From NCBI GenBank assembly GCA_032718475.1, contig JAUCBJ010007926.1, forward strand, positions 62,001-126,000: 64,000 bases of DNA. Direction: 5' to 3'. The notes beneath the pieces are model-generated. The model worked only from the letters and a program-made list of their open reading frames with translations. It ran no database searches and had not been told where the DNA came from. The stretch comes from Nemertoderma westbladi (Eukaryota > Animalia > Xenacoelomorpha). This document shows, piece after piece, positions 10,325 to 22,487 of this stretch; position 1 is the stretch's first letter, and each line of letters starts with the position of its first letter. Both the position numbers and the translations under genes were made by a program.

Positions 10325-13300
10325 GACGCTAATAAGAACTTAAGAGCAAAAATTTATGTATAGGCTGTTCTCTCTTATACTTATATCTTACCTTTTTTTT
10401 ACCTATCTTCTCTATGATGGATAGTTCAAATAATGGTTTATTTGTTCAGATGTGAAATTGGCATCAATAGTCCAACAGTGCAATGGGACATTGACATCAA
10501 TAGTCCGGGGTGGTTAATCTCCACCACGGGAGATTAGTGGCGAGAGGGGGGGGGGGGGGGGCAGAGAATGCGACACGGAGATATGGAGGGGGCCGTTACC
10601 CCCAATGGTATATCTGACACAAAGAGAGTCAACAGGCCCGACGGGAGAATCTGTACAGCATCCCTCGAACCCATTGGAAGCACATGCAATGGGAATGGCA
10701 ACACTTATCGATTCACTCAAGACCAGAATCGAATTACCACCAGTAGAGCCATTTAAATTCGACGGAAGCAGACCGGAAGAATACCTGCAATTCCGACGCA
10801 TGTACAGCAACGAGATATTAACTAAGAACCTGACGCAGGCGGAGTGCCTAAAATATCTACAGGTATATACAGGAGGGCCAGCGTATGACATCGTGAGGCA
10901 GTATCAGGGCATCGAGGGTGGCTTCACGACTGCATGGCGGGCCCTAGACAGGGAATACGGACACCCTGCCAAGATCATCCGGCAGGCCTTAAGTGGGATA
11001 ACATCGGGTGGCCTACAGGATAACCCTGTTAGCATAAAGACCTTAGCGAACAAGGTCGAGAAGGCATTAATCGTGCTGAAAATGCTAGACGCGCCATCTG
11101 CATGCAAATGCATCTAGTAATATCACCACGATAGCGCAGGCACTGCCGATCTGGCTATGCAATAAATGGAGAAAGATCGCCTTCTCCACCCGGGAGAAGA
11201 AAGGTGCGGAACCGGGCCTAGAGGAAATGTCGAACTTCCTCAATTACGAAGCGGAGTTGTTCACGGACCCAGTCTATAGTGAGGATAGTCTGGGGAGGGC
11301 ACCAAAGACCGAATATAACAGGCTGAAACCGGAACACAACATGGCAAATGCATTACCAAAGCTTAGACAATCGCTGCCATACGCGCCGACGCAGGGGACT
11401 GCTAGTCCACATATAGCCGGGGGTAGGGCCACACCATGGCATGGACAGGGGCAAAATAACAACACAAACAAACATAACCCCAACACGCCCAGTAGGCCAA
11501 ACCCAAACAATAAGAACAGTAGGGAACTAGGTATGAACGTAAGTGCGATACATAGCGCACTGTATAGGGATGGCTATAATCCAAGCATCAAATGCCAATT
11601 ACATTCGAATGTACTTCATCAGACCATGAACTGCAGATATTGGCAAGTGTTGCCCAAACAAGATCAGGTAGAATATGCAAGAAAGAGTGGAATCTGTCAT
11701 CGATGTGTGGCGGGCGGACACAGAGCTGATCAATGCAAAGAAACACCAATTAAGTTCGGTCAAGGCAAAGGGCAGACAATGGCGACAAGCACCGTAGGGG
11801 CGAAGAAGAGAGGAACGGTACTACTCGGGGTAGTACCAGTAAGGGTGATCGGAGAAGGCGGTCGATCAGTAACCACGCTGATGCTGGTCAACAGTGGAGC
11901 AGCCTTCACATTGGTCGAAAATTGGGTGGCCGTAGAGATAGGACTAAAGATGAGGCCAAGTAGGATGGCGGTAACAACCATCTCCAGCAAAGATGAGGTC
12001 CTGGAGATGAGGACCGGACGGTGCGAGATATCAGCGATAGCACTGGGATGTGACTATGGGGCGACCATCGACCCCATCCAGGTAATAGAATCGATCAACA
12101 TAAACGCCAGGCGACCAACTAACATCGAGTTCGAGCAATACAGATTCCTGGACAACATCGATTTCTCGATACCGGATGTGGACATCAGGAAGGTATCCAT
12201 CATAGTGGGAATGGATTGCCCAACGGCCCACGAGAGAATACAAACGATCTTCGGGGAAGACAGACAGCGTGATCCGATGGCAATCCTCACACCATTCGGA
12301 TGGACGCTAAGCGGCCTAATCAGAACCAAAATTCCGTTTAGGATGTCGGAGACATCGGGATGCATGTTCATGGGAACTATGAGGGAGATGGTAGACAGGA
12401 CTTTGAGGGACTAAAGGAGACTGGGGTCGGAACCTCGGTAGAGGATAAACAAGCAGTACAGAGTGTGAAGGAGTCGATGAGATGCGATGAAGGGCGGTAC
12501 ATCATAGGCATGGTGTGGAAACAGCCAAAACTACCGCTACCTGAGAACAAGGGGATGATACTCACGAGGCTTCACAAACTGAGAACCGAGAAGGATAAGT
12601 ACATCCATAAGACGATAAAGAAGTACGCCGAGAAAGGATGGGCTGTGGAGTTGCCGGTGGACAAACTGAACACGGACAGGACCTACTGCCACTTCATGTG
12701 GCTCTAGACCCAAAGAAGGGTAAACTGCGGATGGTGGTTGACGCATCGGCTAAAACCAATGGCAAAAGCCTAAACGACTATCTGCTGGAGGGCCCCAATA
12801 TCTACAACTCGGGGATTGAGGTCTTGTTGAGATTTAGGAATGGGAGGCACGCCTTTACCTGCGACATCGAAGGCATGTTCAACCAAGTCCGTGTAACGGA
12901 GGAGGACAGCGACAGCCAGCGCTTCCTATGGTACAACAGCGACGAGGAACCGCCGATGATACCGATGTACAAAATGGTGGTGCAGAACATGGGGGCCAAG
13001 TCGTCCTCATTCACGACGACTCTGGCTGTAAGAGATACAGAGAGGGGAAAGAGGGGAAGTATACCGCCAAAGCGATCGATATGATTCAACGCGGCTTCTA
13101 TGTAGACGACGGGATAGAATCTGGAAATACGGTTAAAGAATTACTGGAGACAGGGAGCGAGTTTCGCAACATCCTGAAAGGATCCGGATTTAACCTGACC
13201 AAGTTCCAGTCCGGCTCAGAGGAGTTTATGAAAGCCATAGAGGACAGGCGGCCAGAGTCGACCATGGACAACCCCCCAACAGCCAAGGGACAGGACATGG

Positions 13301-13799
13301 CGGACAAGAGAGTGGAGTCTCAGCAGAAGGCACTGGGGATCGTGTGGAACTGGGAGACAGACGAGTTCAAGTACCAACTGAGCCAGGAGGGCGTGGAGAT
13401 CCACACAAAACAAGGCTATGTGTCGTACAGAGCAAGGATATACAATCCCTTACGCCTAGCATCCCCATTGTTAGTCACGGGGAAACAGATACTTAAGAAA
13501 GTATATAAGTTAAAGGACGAGTGGGATACGGAGGTCCCGGAGGAAATAAGCAAGCAATGGAGTAAATGGATGGGGAGTTTAGAACAGATGGGGACATACA
13601 GCATGCCACGTATTTCCCGGATGGGGACATGGCGGATCTGGACCTACACATGTTCTCTGATGCATCATTGGAAGCATACGGAGCGGCACTCTACCTGGTA
13701 CAGTGAAAGGGGGCTCATAAGCCCAGACTTGCATTCAGTAAAGCAAAGTCGACGCCACCAGATTCAGCGTCAGTCCCGAAACGCGAGTTGACAGCAGCG

Positions 13800-14343
13800 T
13801 AGTAAGTAAGTAGGCAGATAGAAGTTAGTAAGAGTTAGAGAGTAAGAGGGTATGTAGTACCGTTAGTAGAGTTAGAGTTAGAGAGTAAGAGGGTATGTAG
13901 TACCGTTAGTAGAGTTAGAGTTAGAGAGTAAGAGGGTACGTAGTACCGTTAGTAGGGTAGTAAGAGGGTACATAGTACCGTTAGTAGAGTTAGAGTTAGA
14001 GAGTAAGAGGGTACGTAGTACCGTTAGTAGAGTTAGAGTTAGAGAGTAAGAAGGTACGTAATACCGTTAGTAGGGTTAGAGTTAGAGAGTAAGAGGGTAC
14101 GTAGCACCATTAGTAGAGTTAGAGTTAGAGAGTAAGAGGGTACGTAGTACTGTTAGTAGAGTTAGAGAGTAAGAGGGTATGTAGTACCGTTAGTAGAGTT
14201 AGAGTTAGAGAGTTAGTAAGAGTTAGAGAGTTAGTAAGAGTTAGAGAGTTATTAAGAGTTAGAGAGTTAGTAAGAGTTAGAGAGTTCGTAGAGTTAGAGA
14301 GTTAGTAGAGTTAGAGAGTTAGTAGGGTTAGTAGTAAGAGAGT
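13800..14343. repeat. Purine-rich ~43-bp minisatellite decaying to (AGAGTT)n, post-pol region of BEL
   Basis: Unit gagtaagagggtacgtagtaccgttagtagagttagagttaga; shares core gagtaagagggtacatagtacc with 47467-47692. Confidence 0.9.
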
Positions 14344-14355
14344 GGAGAGTATGAT

Positions 14356-17300
14356 GAAACAAAGCCATTGGTGAATCTGAGGCAAGCCACAAGACTAGCC
14401 TTAGTAAACACCATAACACTCGGGTCCCCAATGCGACAAGGTGAGCTGACTGCCTTGGCAGATAAGCTTTCTCTTAGCGCAGTGGGTGTTCAAGAGCACC
14501 GAATGCAGACTGGACAGACTGATGAGGTTCTGATTAAGGACATGGGGGGCGGTTGGCGACTCGCCCTCGCGTCAGCAGATGATAGTGGCAATGGTGGAAT
14601 TGGTCTATTGATGAATCCAATTGCACATGCAGCATTGGACAAAATAGACCAAATCTCTAACCGCATCATCCGTTGCCACTTCTCATGTTCTGGAAGACTG
14701 GCTAAGAAGTTTCCTAAGGTGGTTCTGATTGTGTGCTACTCTCCAACTAGTGTTGCCCCTGTAGAGGAGGTGGAAAATTTCTACCACAATCTACAAGCAG
14801 CTACTGATGGAGTGGATCAGCATGCATTCTTAACATTCCTGGGAGACTTTAATGCAAGTCTGCATCAATCACCTACATCGCCCTGGGTCTATAGCAATAG
14901 TGTTAACCGAAATTCTGTCCATCTTCAGGATTTTATCTCTGGAAATGGATTGTTTTCGGCTGGAACCCAGTTCAAGAAGCGAACTGGAAAGCTATGGACT
15001 CATAGCGGACCCAGTGGTCACAAGTCCCAGATAGACCATATTCTGTTTCGTAGGAAATACAGGAGCTCTATACAAGACTGTAATGCATTTACACTTCGAC
15101 CCTTCTCCAGTGATCACCGCCTTATTGTGGCCAAGGTAAGACTTAGTCTGCGTGCTAGCAGAACAACGAAATCTGCCTTGCCGCGGCATGACTGGTCCTC
15201 TCTGTTGCAACAGCCAAGTGTGAGATCCAGCTTCACACTACAGCTGAGCAACAGGTATGAGGCTCTTGCCTCTGAGGCGGCAGATCACTGTGAGGGCTAT
15301 ACTGCCTTTACAGAAGCAGTTAAGTTAGCAGCTGCAGAAACAGTTCCTGTATACCCTCGAAACAGGAAAAGGGCCCCCTGGACTGACAACAAAATTCAGA
15401 AGTGCCGAAATGACCTTCATAAGGCGCAGAAAGAGTCCTGACTCAAACAGACTACAGCGGCCAAGAATGCAGTTAAGGCTGCATCTAGGTCCCTGAACAG
15501 GCAGTACTCTGCTAATCTACAGGAGCTAATAAACCAACAGGTTGATGCCATCAATGATGCTGACGACAGCAGGCAATCATCCCAGGCATGGAAATCGATC
15601 AATCTGCTTACTGGGCGGAAAAGCCAACCAACCACCAAGGTTAAGGCTGAATCACCAGCCGATCGCCTCAATGGTTGGAAAGCCCACTTTGAAAAGCTCC
15701 TCAATAATGACAGGGTATTGCCTGATAACTTTATAGAAGTAAAAGTGTCTGAGTCTGTACTCCCAGATATTCCCATTGGCGATATCTCCTTTGCAGAAGT
15801 GAAGACTGCTGCAAAGAGCATTAAGACCAATCGTGCCAGTGGAGTAGATGGTGTTCCCCCTGAGGTCTTTAAAATACCTGAGTGTTTAAAGCTCATCTAT
15901 CCCATCATAGTAGACATGTACCGAACAACAAGAGTCCCACAAGAAATGAAAACAAATAAGTTGGTGCCTGTTCCCAAGAAGGGCAACCTAACACTCTATG
16001 GTTCTTTTCGGGGAATCTCATTGATCTCGATTGCTGCAAAGCTATACAATAGGATTCTATTAAATCGCATCAGGGATCCCATTGAGAGACTGCTCCGTGG
16101 AAATCAGAATGGGTTCCGTAAAGGTCGTGGGACCATGGAGCCCATTTTGGCACTTAGAAGGATAATTGAAGAGTTATCAAAAAAGAAAGACAGGCATCTG
16201 GCTGTTATCTTTGTTGACTTCTTCAAGGCCTTTGATTCAGTCTCTCGCTCACGTATGTTCAGCATACTTTCATTATATGGGATTCCTGATGAAATTATTG
16301 CAGCAATCAGATCAGTATACGATGGTTCGACAACATTTGTGTCTACTGTTGATGGTGACACAGAACCATTTGAAGTGTTATGGGGCGTCCTCCAAGGAGA
16401 CACACTTGCACCATTCTTGTTCATTATTGTGGTTGACTATGTTCTACGCATGTCCTTAGATCATTATAATGATGATGGGGTGATGATAACTCCACCTACT
16501 GGCTCCCGAAGTCGAGGAAATCCTGCCAAGTACCTAACTGATCTAGACTTTGCTGATGACTTAGGAGTACTCTCAGAATCATTAGAGGGAGCCCAACGGC
16601 TCCTCAGCTCATTAGAACATGCTGCTTCTAGTGTTGGTCTTTTTATTAACTCCAGAAAGACCAAAATTCTGACAGTTAACTTTGAAAGTCCTCAGCAAGT
16701 CTCTGATCGGATGAGCATAAGCTCAAAGGATGGTATGCTTGAGCATGTGGACGACTTCTGTTACCTGGGATCATGGATCCGGAAGTCAGGTGAGGACCTT
16801 CGAATACGTAAGGGAAAGGCATGGGCAGCCTTGACTAGGCTTTCCAGGATTTGGAAGTCACCGAGAATTAATCGGAAACTTAAGGTCCGATTATTTAGAG
16901 CAGCAGTAGTTCCAGTACTCCTCTACAGGAGTCCATGCTGGGCACTAACTGCTGAGGACACCAAATCTCTGGATGGCACATTCACAAGAATGCTACGCCG
17001 GGTTCATTGTGTCAAGTACAATGCACACATCTCCAACCAGACACTATATAACATTGGAGGTGTCTCATTGGTTCCCCCAAGCTTGACACTAGAACAAAAT
17101 TGCCTCCGCTTTGCAGGACATTGCTTTCGCCGTGAGGACCAGCCAGTGCATAATCTTGTACTTTGGCAGCCTCATGGAGTGAATAAGCATGGTGGACAGC
17201 CCATGACTTTCTTGAGACGCATCTTAAAGGACACTGGCCTTAAAGATGCGGATGATCTAGCAAATGTCATGGGTGATAGGGAGTTGTGGCGGTGCAATTT

Positions 17301-17363
17301 TGTTGACAAGCCGGCACAGCATTCTTAAAAATGCAGCTGCAATGCAGCATGCCGATCCTAGTA
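14356..17363 (+). mobile_element. RTE-like LINE, 5'-truncated (APE endonuclease + RT, one stop at 15439)
   Basis: GVQEHR, LGDFNA, QIDHIL, SDH APE motifs; RT 15718-17328; 12-bp TSD GGAGAGTATGAT (14344-14355, 17364-17375). Confidence 0.95.
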
Positions 17364-17845
17364 GGAGAGTATGATATCCACGAAAGTGAAAGGGGGGTAC
17401 ATGGGTACAGCAGGATAGACCGTGTAGGCCGCACGAGACAGACTACTGTACTGCACAGCCCATAGAATAGGTTAGAATGTTTATACAGGGCCAGGATGTT
17501 ACCTGGTACAGACTAGCACAGTAGGGAATAGCTAGTCTACCATGTATGTAGACTATAGGGGTTATTTAGGCATAAATAACCCATTATGAGTATTAATAGC
17601 ACAATAGTAGGATTACAGTTAGTATTAAGATAAAATTCAACAAAATTATGGTAATAGTAGGCGGGAAATTCTACAACATAATAAAAGCAACTGACAAATT
17701 TGGGGAATTTGAGAAAATTGGTACTTTGGGGGGTACATAGGTAAAATATTTAGAGTTTCTGAGATTATTTAGAGTTCTGAGAGAGATAGGCCATTGCTGA
17801 ACCGTACAGACCATCCTAGTAACGTCACTCATCTATTTTTGAGCC

Positions 17846-20457
17846 TTGGTAAGGCACCACCAAGTGGGTGAGCGATCGGGAGTGTTCGTAATGGCAGAGA
17901 TACTTGTCAGGAAGAGAAAGGCGGAAAGAGGTGGAAAGGAGATACTAGTAGACTTCACCCAGAGGCATCCGGAGGAGAAGACGAGGGGATACTACGAACC
18001 GTTAGCGAAGGGTCACTATGCGCGAGCGCTGCAGGACCATTTCATTGAGATGCACGAGAGGCGGCTGGTCGGGACCTACGGGACACTGTCGCTAGACAAC
18101 GCGATCCTTGAGCATTTCCACTACGTAGTGAAGGGAGACGAGGCGAAGTTCGGGATACTGAAGTATCCGAGGGAACCACCGAGAAAGGACTGGATGAGGT
18201 TCGTAGAGTCCGTAAGCAGGGGAGGATACATGGTCCTAGACTACGAGGGGACTGTGGAAGACGACGAGGGTTCGAGAAGAGGGTCGGCGGGGTCGGCCAG
18301 AACCATACTTCTGCATTTGGCTGCGCCAAATGGGGACATATTCCTGTTCGATCTAGGAACGTATGGGAAGAAGAGCGGGCCGAAGTTGAACTGGTTGCCA
18401 AGGGCGGTGCAGAACCTAGTAAGGGAGAAGTCGATGATGAAGGTGGGATCGGCGATCCGTGACGATGCGGAGAGGATCGTCGGACCGGAGACCCCCAACC
18501 TCCTGGACATGCAAACGGTCTACATGGCCATGACAGGGCCAGCCGGGTTGGGATTAGTAGAGAATACAGGGCATTGCGGAGCAGTGGCGATGGGCCAGCT
18601 CATGGGGCTCGTCTGCCACAGGCCGGTGGACTGGGGTAAATTCGGGGAGGAGTGCGGAGCGGAGTTGGCGAACTCGCTGAAGTGGGGAGTGAGGCCAGGG
18701 AAACAGGAGGTGTATCAGTTCCGGAGAGGAGCGATAAAGATATATCAGAAGCGATATGTCCTGCAGGAGGATTGGATAATGATAGGTTTACTAAACCTAT
18801 TCATGGCCGTGGTTATTGGAAGATAGCCAACAGCGTTTCTGCTGTCAGGATCACCCCTGAACTACAGAAGAGCCTTCAAGGTGGCCTTCGAGGGTCTGGC
18901 AGACCACCCGGGGCTAAAGGGCGAGTCAGTATACTACAACTGCTGATATCTAGTAGACAGGGAGGTGGATACACCATATCAGAGGTGGGAGAAGCTGAAG
19001 ACAAGTCGGATAGACTAGAGGAGAAGAGACTGGAAGAAGTTGCCAGACAAGAAAGGAGGGAGGCAGACGAAAGAGAGGCAGAAGCTAGGGGAGAGGACTA
19101 CGGGTCCGAAGCCCAGAACTTGGATGAGTTGCGGTGGGGATTAGAGAGCTCGGGCGAGTTTCTGGGGGAGGAGCTAGGATGGACGGAAGAATCGCCGAAA
19201 CAGTCGACATCAGGATTGCAAGCGATGCCCATGCCAGCAGGCTCTGAGGGCGATTTCGCGAGAAAGAGACCGAGAGAAGTGGAAGGATGGAAAGTTACGG
19301 GCAAGAGCCAAGGTGGGAAGGGACACAGTGGGTCCGCCGGGATACCGGGATTGGATCCACTCCCAGCGGGGGATGAGGATGACGACGAGTTCGGGGAGAT
19401 GCCGCCCATCGAGAGGATCGGCCACTCAGACACGGCCTGGGTTGGCGGGAGAGTGGTGACGGCCAGCAGGGCGAGGGCCTTCTGGGATAAACCCGGCAAG
19501 CGGGCCTGGGTGCACGAGGAGCCGGCAATGGATTTTGTGGGGAGCACCATCAGGTTGGGCGAGCAACCAGGAACGGCACCACGGGTAGTGTTTGGAGAGA
19601 CGATGCCGAGGCGAGACGAGGACGTGGACATTGACAGAGACGTTGATGTCCAGAGGTTTGCTTACCAACGGATCCATAGACCTAGGAGACCTCTTGGGGC
19701 AAAAGACGACATGGGGCGGGATGTGTTGATACACGGCTGCGATTACTGCGGGAGGCTTACTCACCAGGAAAAGAGCTGTTTGTATCGATTCCAGAAGGGG
19801 ACGAGTTGCCTCTACTGCCGCGAGTCGAGTCATAGGAGGGGGGCGTGTCCGCGGTTGCACAACCGGTGTTCTAAGTGTAACTTCCGGGGGCACTATGGGC
19901 GCCAGTGCGACTGGATGGACGACGAGGAGAAGTTTAAGATCTTCGAGTAGTGGGCCGATGTCGGCGTCATGACGGGACAGAGAATGAAGGCCCAGGAGTT
20001 CCGGTGGGGTTTCTTCAATATCAACCAGGAGGCCCATCTGGAAACTATTAAGAGGAGACTTCTGTTTACTTACCAAGAAGTAGCGATGGTGGCATCGTAT
20101 GGTGGGGTCATCAATACGCAGAGGTACTTAGATAGATGGGTGCCAGAGAACAAAGGAGAGTTCAGAGATTTCCTGGTGAAGCATGTGCCGTGGACCATGA
20201 AGATGATCTTGTGGGACGCTACTAGGGGGAAGCAGGAAGGGCATTCGGAAGGGCCACCTGCGAAGCGTTACCGGGAGCTAATAACACCAGCGCCCAAGGA
20301 ATCGACCACGGGGATCAGTAAGGAGGTAACGGCGAGAATGAGGAGCCTTAAGGAGGATAAGAACAAGGAAGCGACAACAATAAGGAAGCGACCGAGACAG
20401 GACGACAATAGAGGGAAGGAACTGAGATGGTTCCCGAAGACGGGAGGGGCGAACTAA
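17846..20457 (+). pseudogene. Extra BEL ORF ('exo-A'): DEDDy-like 3'-5' exonuclease + three CCHC zinc knuckles, disrupted
   Basis: VLDYEG (ExoI), LLHLAA..IFLFDL, LPRAVQNLVREKSMMKVGSAIRDD (ExoII), LLDMQ, QKRYVLQED (ExoIII); CDYC..H..C, CLYC..H..C, CSKC..H..C; stops/frameshift inferred by comparison with 57654-59504. Confidence 0.8.
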
Positions 20458-20947
20458 GACTTGGAGGGGGAGATGAGGGGATGCCTGGAAGGCACCACAT
20501 GCGAAGTAATACGAACTCCTAAGTGCAAATTTAATAAAAGTGCAATTAGTATGTACGTATGTAATAATCAATAGAATATAATTAGAATCAATATAATCAA
20601 AGTAAGTACTATAGTCATGTAACCTTTTTCCAACTAGCTACTGGGACTGGGGACCAATTGACTATGACAGGAGGATGGGACACTAGACGAATCACACTTC
20701 TTGAGTACGATGGCACGGAAGGGGAGGGTGAGGCTCATCGGGAGTGAGTGGAGCGAAACAAGTAAGGGTTGAGTACAGGAGCACAGGGAGATATTGAGAG
20801 GAGGTGTTGACGCGTATGGAAAGTAGACGGGTGCAATTCAAATGTCGGGAGCGAGCAGTAAGAGGGAGAGTAAGGGACAGAGAGGTCCGAGAGTAAGATA
20901 GAGTATTGGAGTTAGAGTGGAGCTAAAGATCAGAGTGGGGAGATATA

Positions 20948-21187
20948 AAATTGTGTGAGAGGAGTCCACAATTGTCTCGAACTGAGACGTCAGATGTCTT
21001 GGTGCAACATAGGTTGCGGTTGCACCAAGAAGGGGTAGTAATATCATACCCAGAGGGAGCGGCCTGGAAAGCCGACTCCAAGAAAAGAACTCCACCCCAC
21101 ACCCGATAGTAGATCGGGTTCCAGCGGAATTGAAGCGCACTTGTAGTTGATGCTATCTTCACACCGGGAAGATAGCATGGGGGGGAG
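20948..21187 (+). promoter_or_regulatory. Conserved structured 3' region and polypurine tract of BEL copy 1
   Basis: Series of hairpins conserved at 48365-48601; GGGGGGGAG immediately before the TGTAAGCGG LTR start at 21188. Confidence 0.7.
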
Positions 21188-21209
21188 TGTAAGCGGATTC
21201 AATTCCGTC

Positions 21210-22487
21210 CCACTTGTAATTTTAATATCTACCACATGCATCGCATCTAATATTCATGCAACACATTTCGCAGATGACACAAGCTTGCAGCACTCAGATA
21301 AAAACTTGATTAGATTATAAATATGGTAAATATATAGAAATAGACATAAGGTCGTTGATTTGGTAGAATTCAATAAATTATTATGTAAAATATTAAAAAA
21401 GCAGAGTTTGCAATATTCTCTAATAAATGTATTAATATGATTCCTGCTAAAATTTAAATCGATGTTAATTTATTAAATTATATTAAAATAATGACGTTTA
21501 ATATAATAAACATACTAGTAATAAATATTACACAACAATATATAACACAAAAGAAAGAACGAACAGTATCAAATGTGAGAGATGATTTCAGATGAGCAAT
21601 AACCCTGGACACATTATTGGCTATGGATGGAGTGAGAGAATGGTGTGATATGATGAGTAAAGTAGGGTTTGTCCATTTGCAGAGCCTGAGCAAATAATAT
21701 TGTGTGTTTAACATGACTAAATTCCAAAACGACGAAGTGAACCTCTTCTACAGTCTCTTCAGCACCAACCAGAATGTAAGCGGATTCAATTCCGCCTCAT
21801 TACCCTCATAAAATGGGATAGTGGCATTTTCAGCAATATGTTGGAGATACGAGATTAGCAATAATTAATCTCGTATCACAACCAACATTGGGGGACAGTA
21901 CAAACCCCGAAGCCACACACAAAGGGAGGTTAGAGGTCAAACCACCTCGGAGGGGACACAGCTAGCAGGGGCTAGCAACAGAGGGGAAACACTCCCAGAG
22001 AGTGGAAGGATGTGAAGTAGGTTGTTAGCCAATAAGGGCAAAGGAGAGCATCCACTAGGTAGCAGGCCAAGGTAGCGTAGGAGTGAAGTAATCATATATT
22101 ATCTCCTACATACCGGTTTGTCATTCAGTTACCCAGTTGTCAGTTTCAGAGCAGACTGGCAACATTGTCTTACCGTCGTCACTAAGTGCTGTTATATGCT
22201 GTCATCATATATATATTATCTCCTACATACCGTTTATTAACTGTGCTATTATTTCACATATATTGGAACGCAAGGAACATCAAACTTAAGTGCTGTTATA
22301 TGCTGTCATAATATATATTATCTCCTACATACCGTTTATTAACTGTGCTATTATTACACATATATTGTAACGCAAGGAACATCTAACTCAAACATTTTTC
22401 TCCAACGGCCTCGGCCAAGTTACCTGATATCAGCCTACGGCGATGCGTACAAGCATTAACCCGGTCGGGATCCCTGATCCTGTCACA
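21210..22487 (+). repeat. Direct duplicate of ~5140-6416 (upstream flank plus LTR at 21775-22487)
   Basis: Near-identical sequence from ccacttgtaattttaatatc through the LTR end. Confidence 0.95.

Larger units (their letters stand above)
6479..13799 (+). pseudogene. BEL gag-pol, fragmented (E/R coiled coil, Asn-rich tract, gag core, zinc knuckle, protease, RT, part of RNase H)
   Basis: FKFDGSRPEEYLQF...AWRALDREYG gag core; CHRCVAGGHRADQC; LVNSGA (DSG protease site mutated); KLRMVVDAS, DIEGMFNQV, FYVDDG, KALGIVWN; many stops and frameshifts. Confidence 0.9.
5704..22487 (+). mobile_element. BEL/Pao LTR retrotransposon copy 1 (defective; integrase deleted; nested insertions; extra exonuclease ORF)
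   Basis: LTRs 5704-6416 and 21775-22487, CAGAA at 5699-5703 and 22488-22492; gag, protease, RT (YVDD) and Pao-type RNase H region in BEL order; G-rich PPT at ~21179-21187. Confidence 0.88.

Noticed and set aside
20838-21162. Conserved antisense ORF (also 48147-48559)
   Set aside because: Frames differ between copies by indels; conservation is better explained by RNA structure
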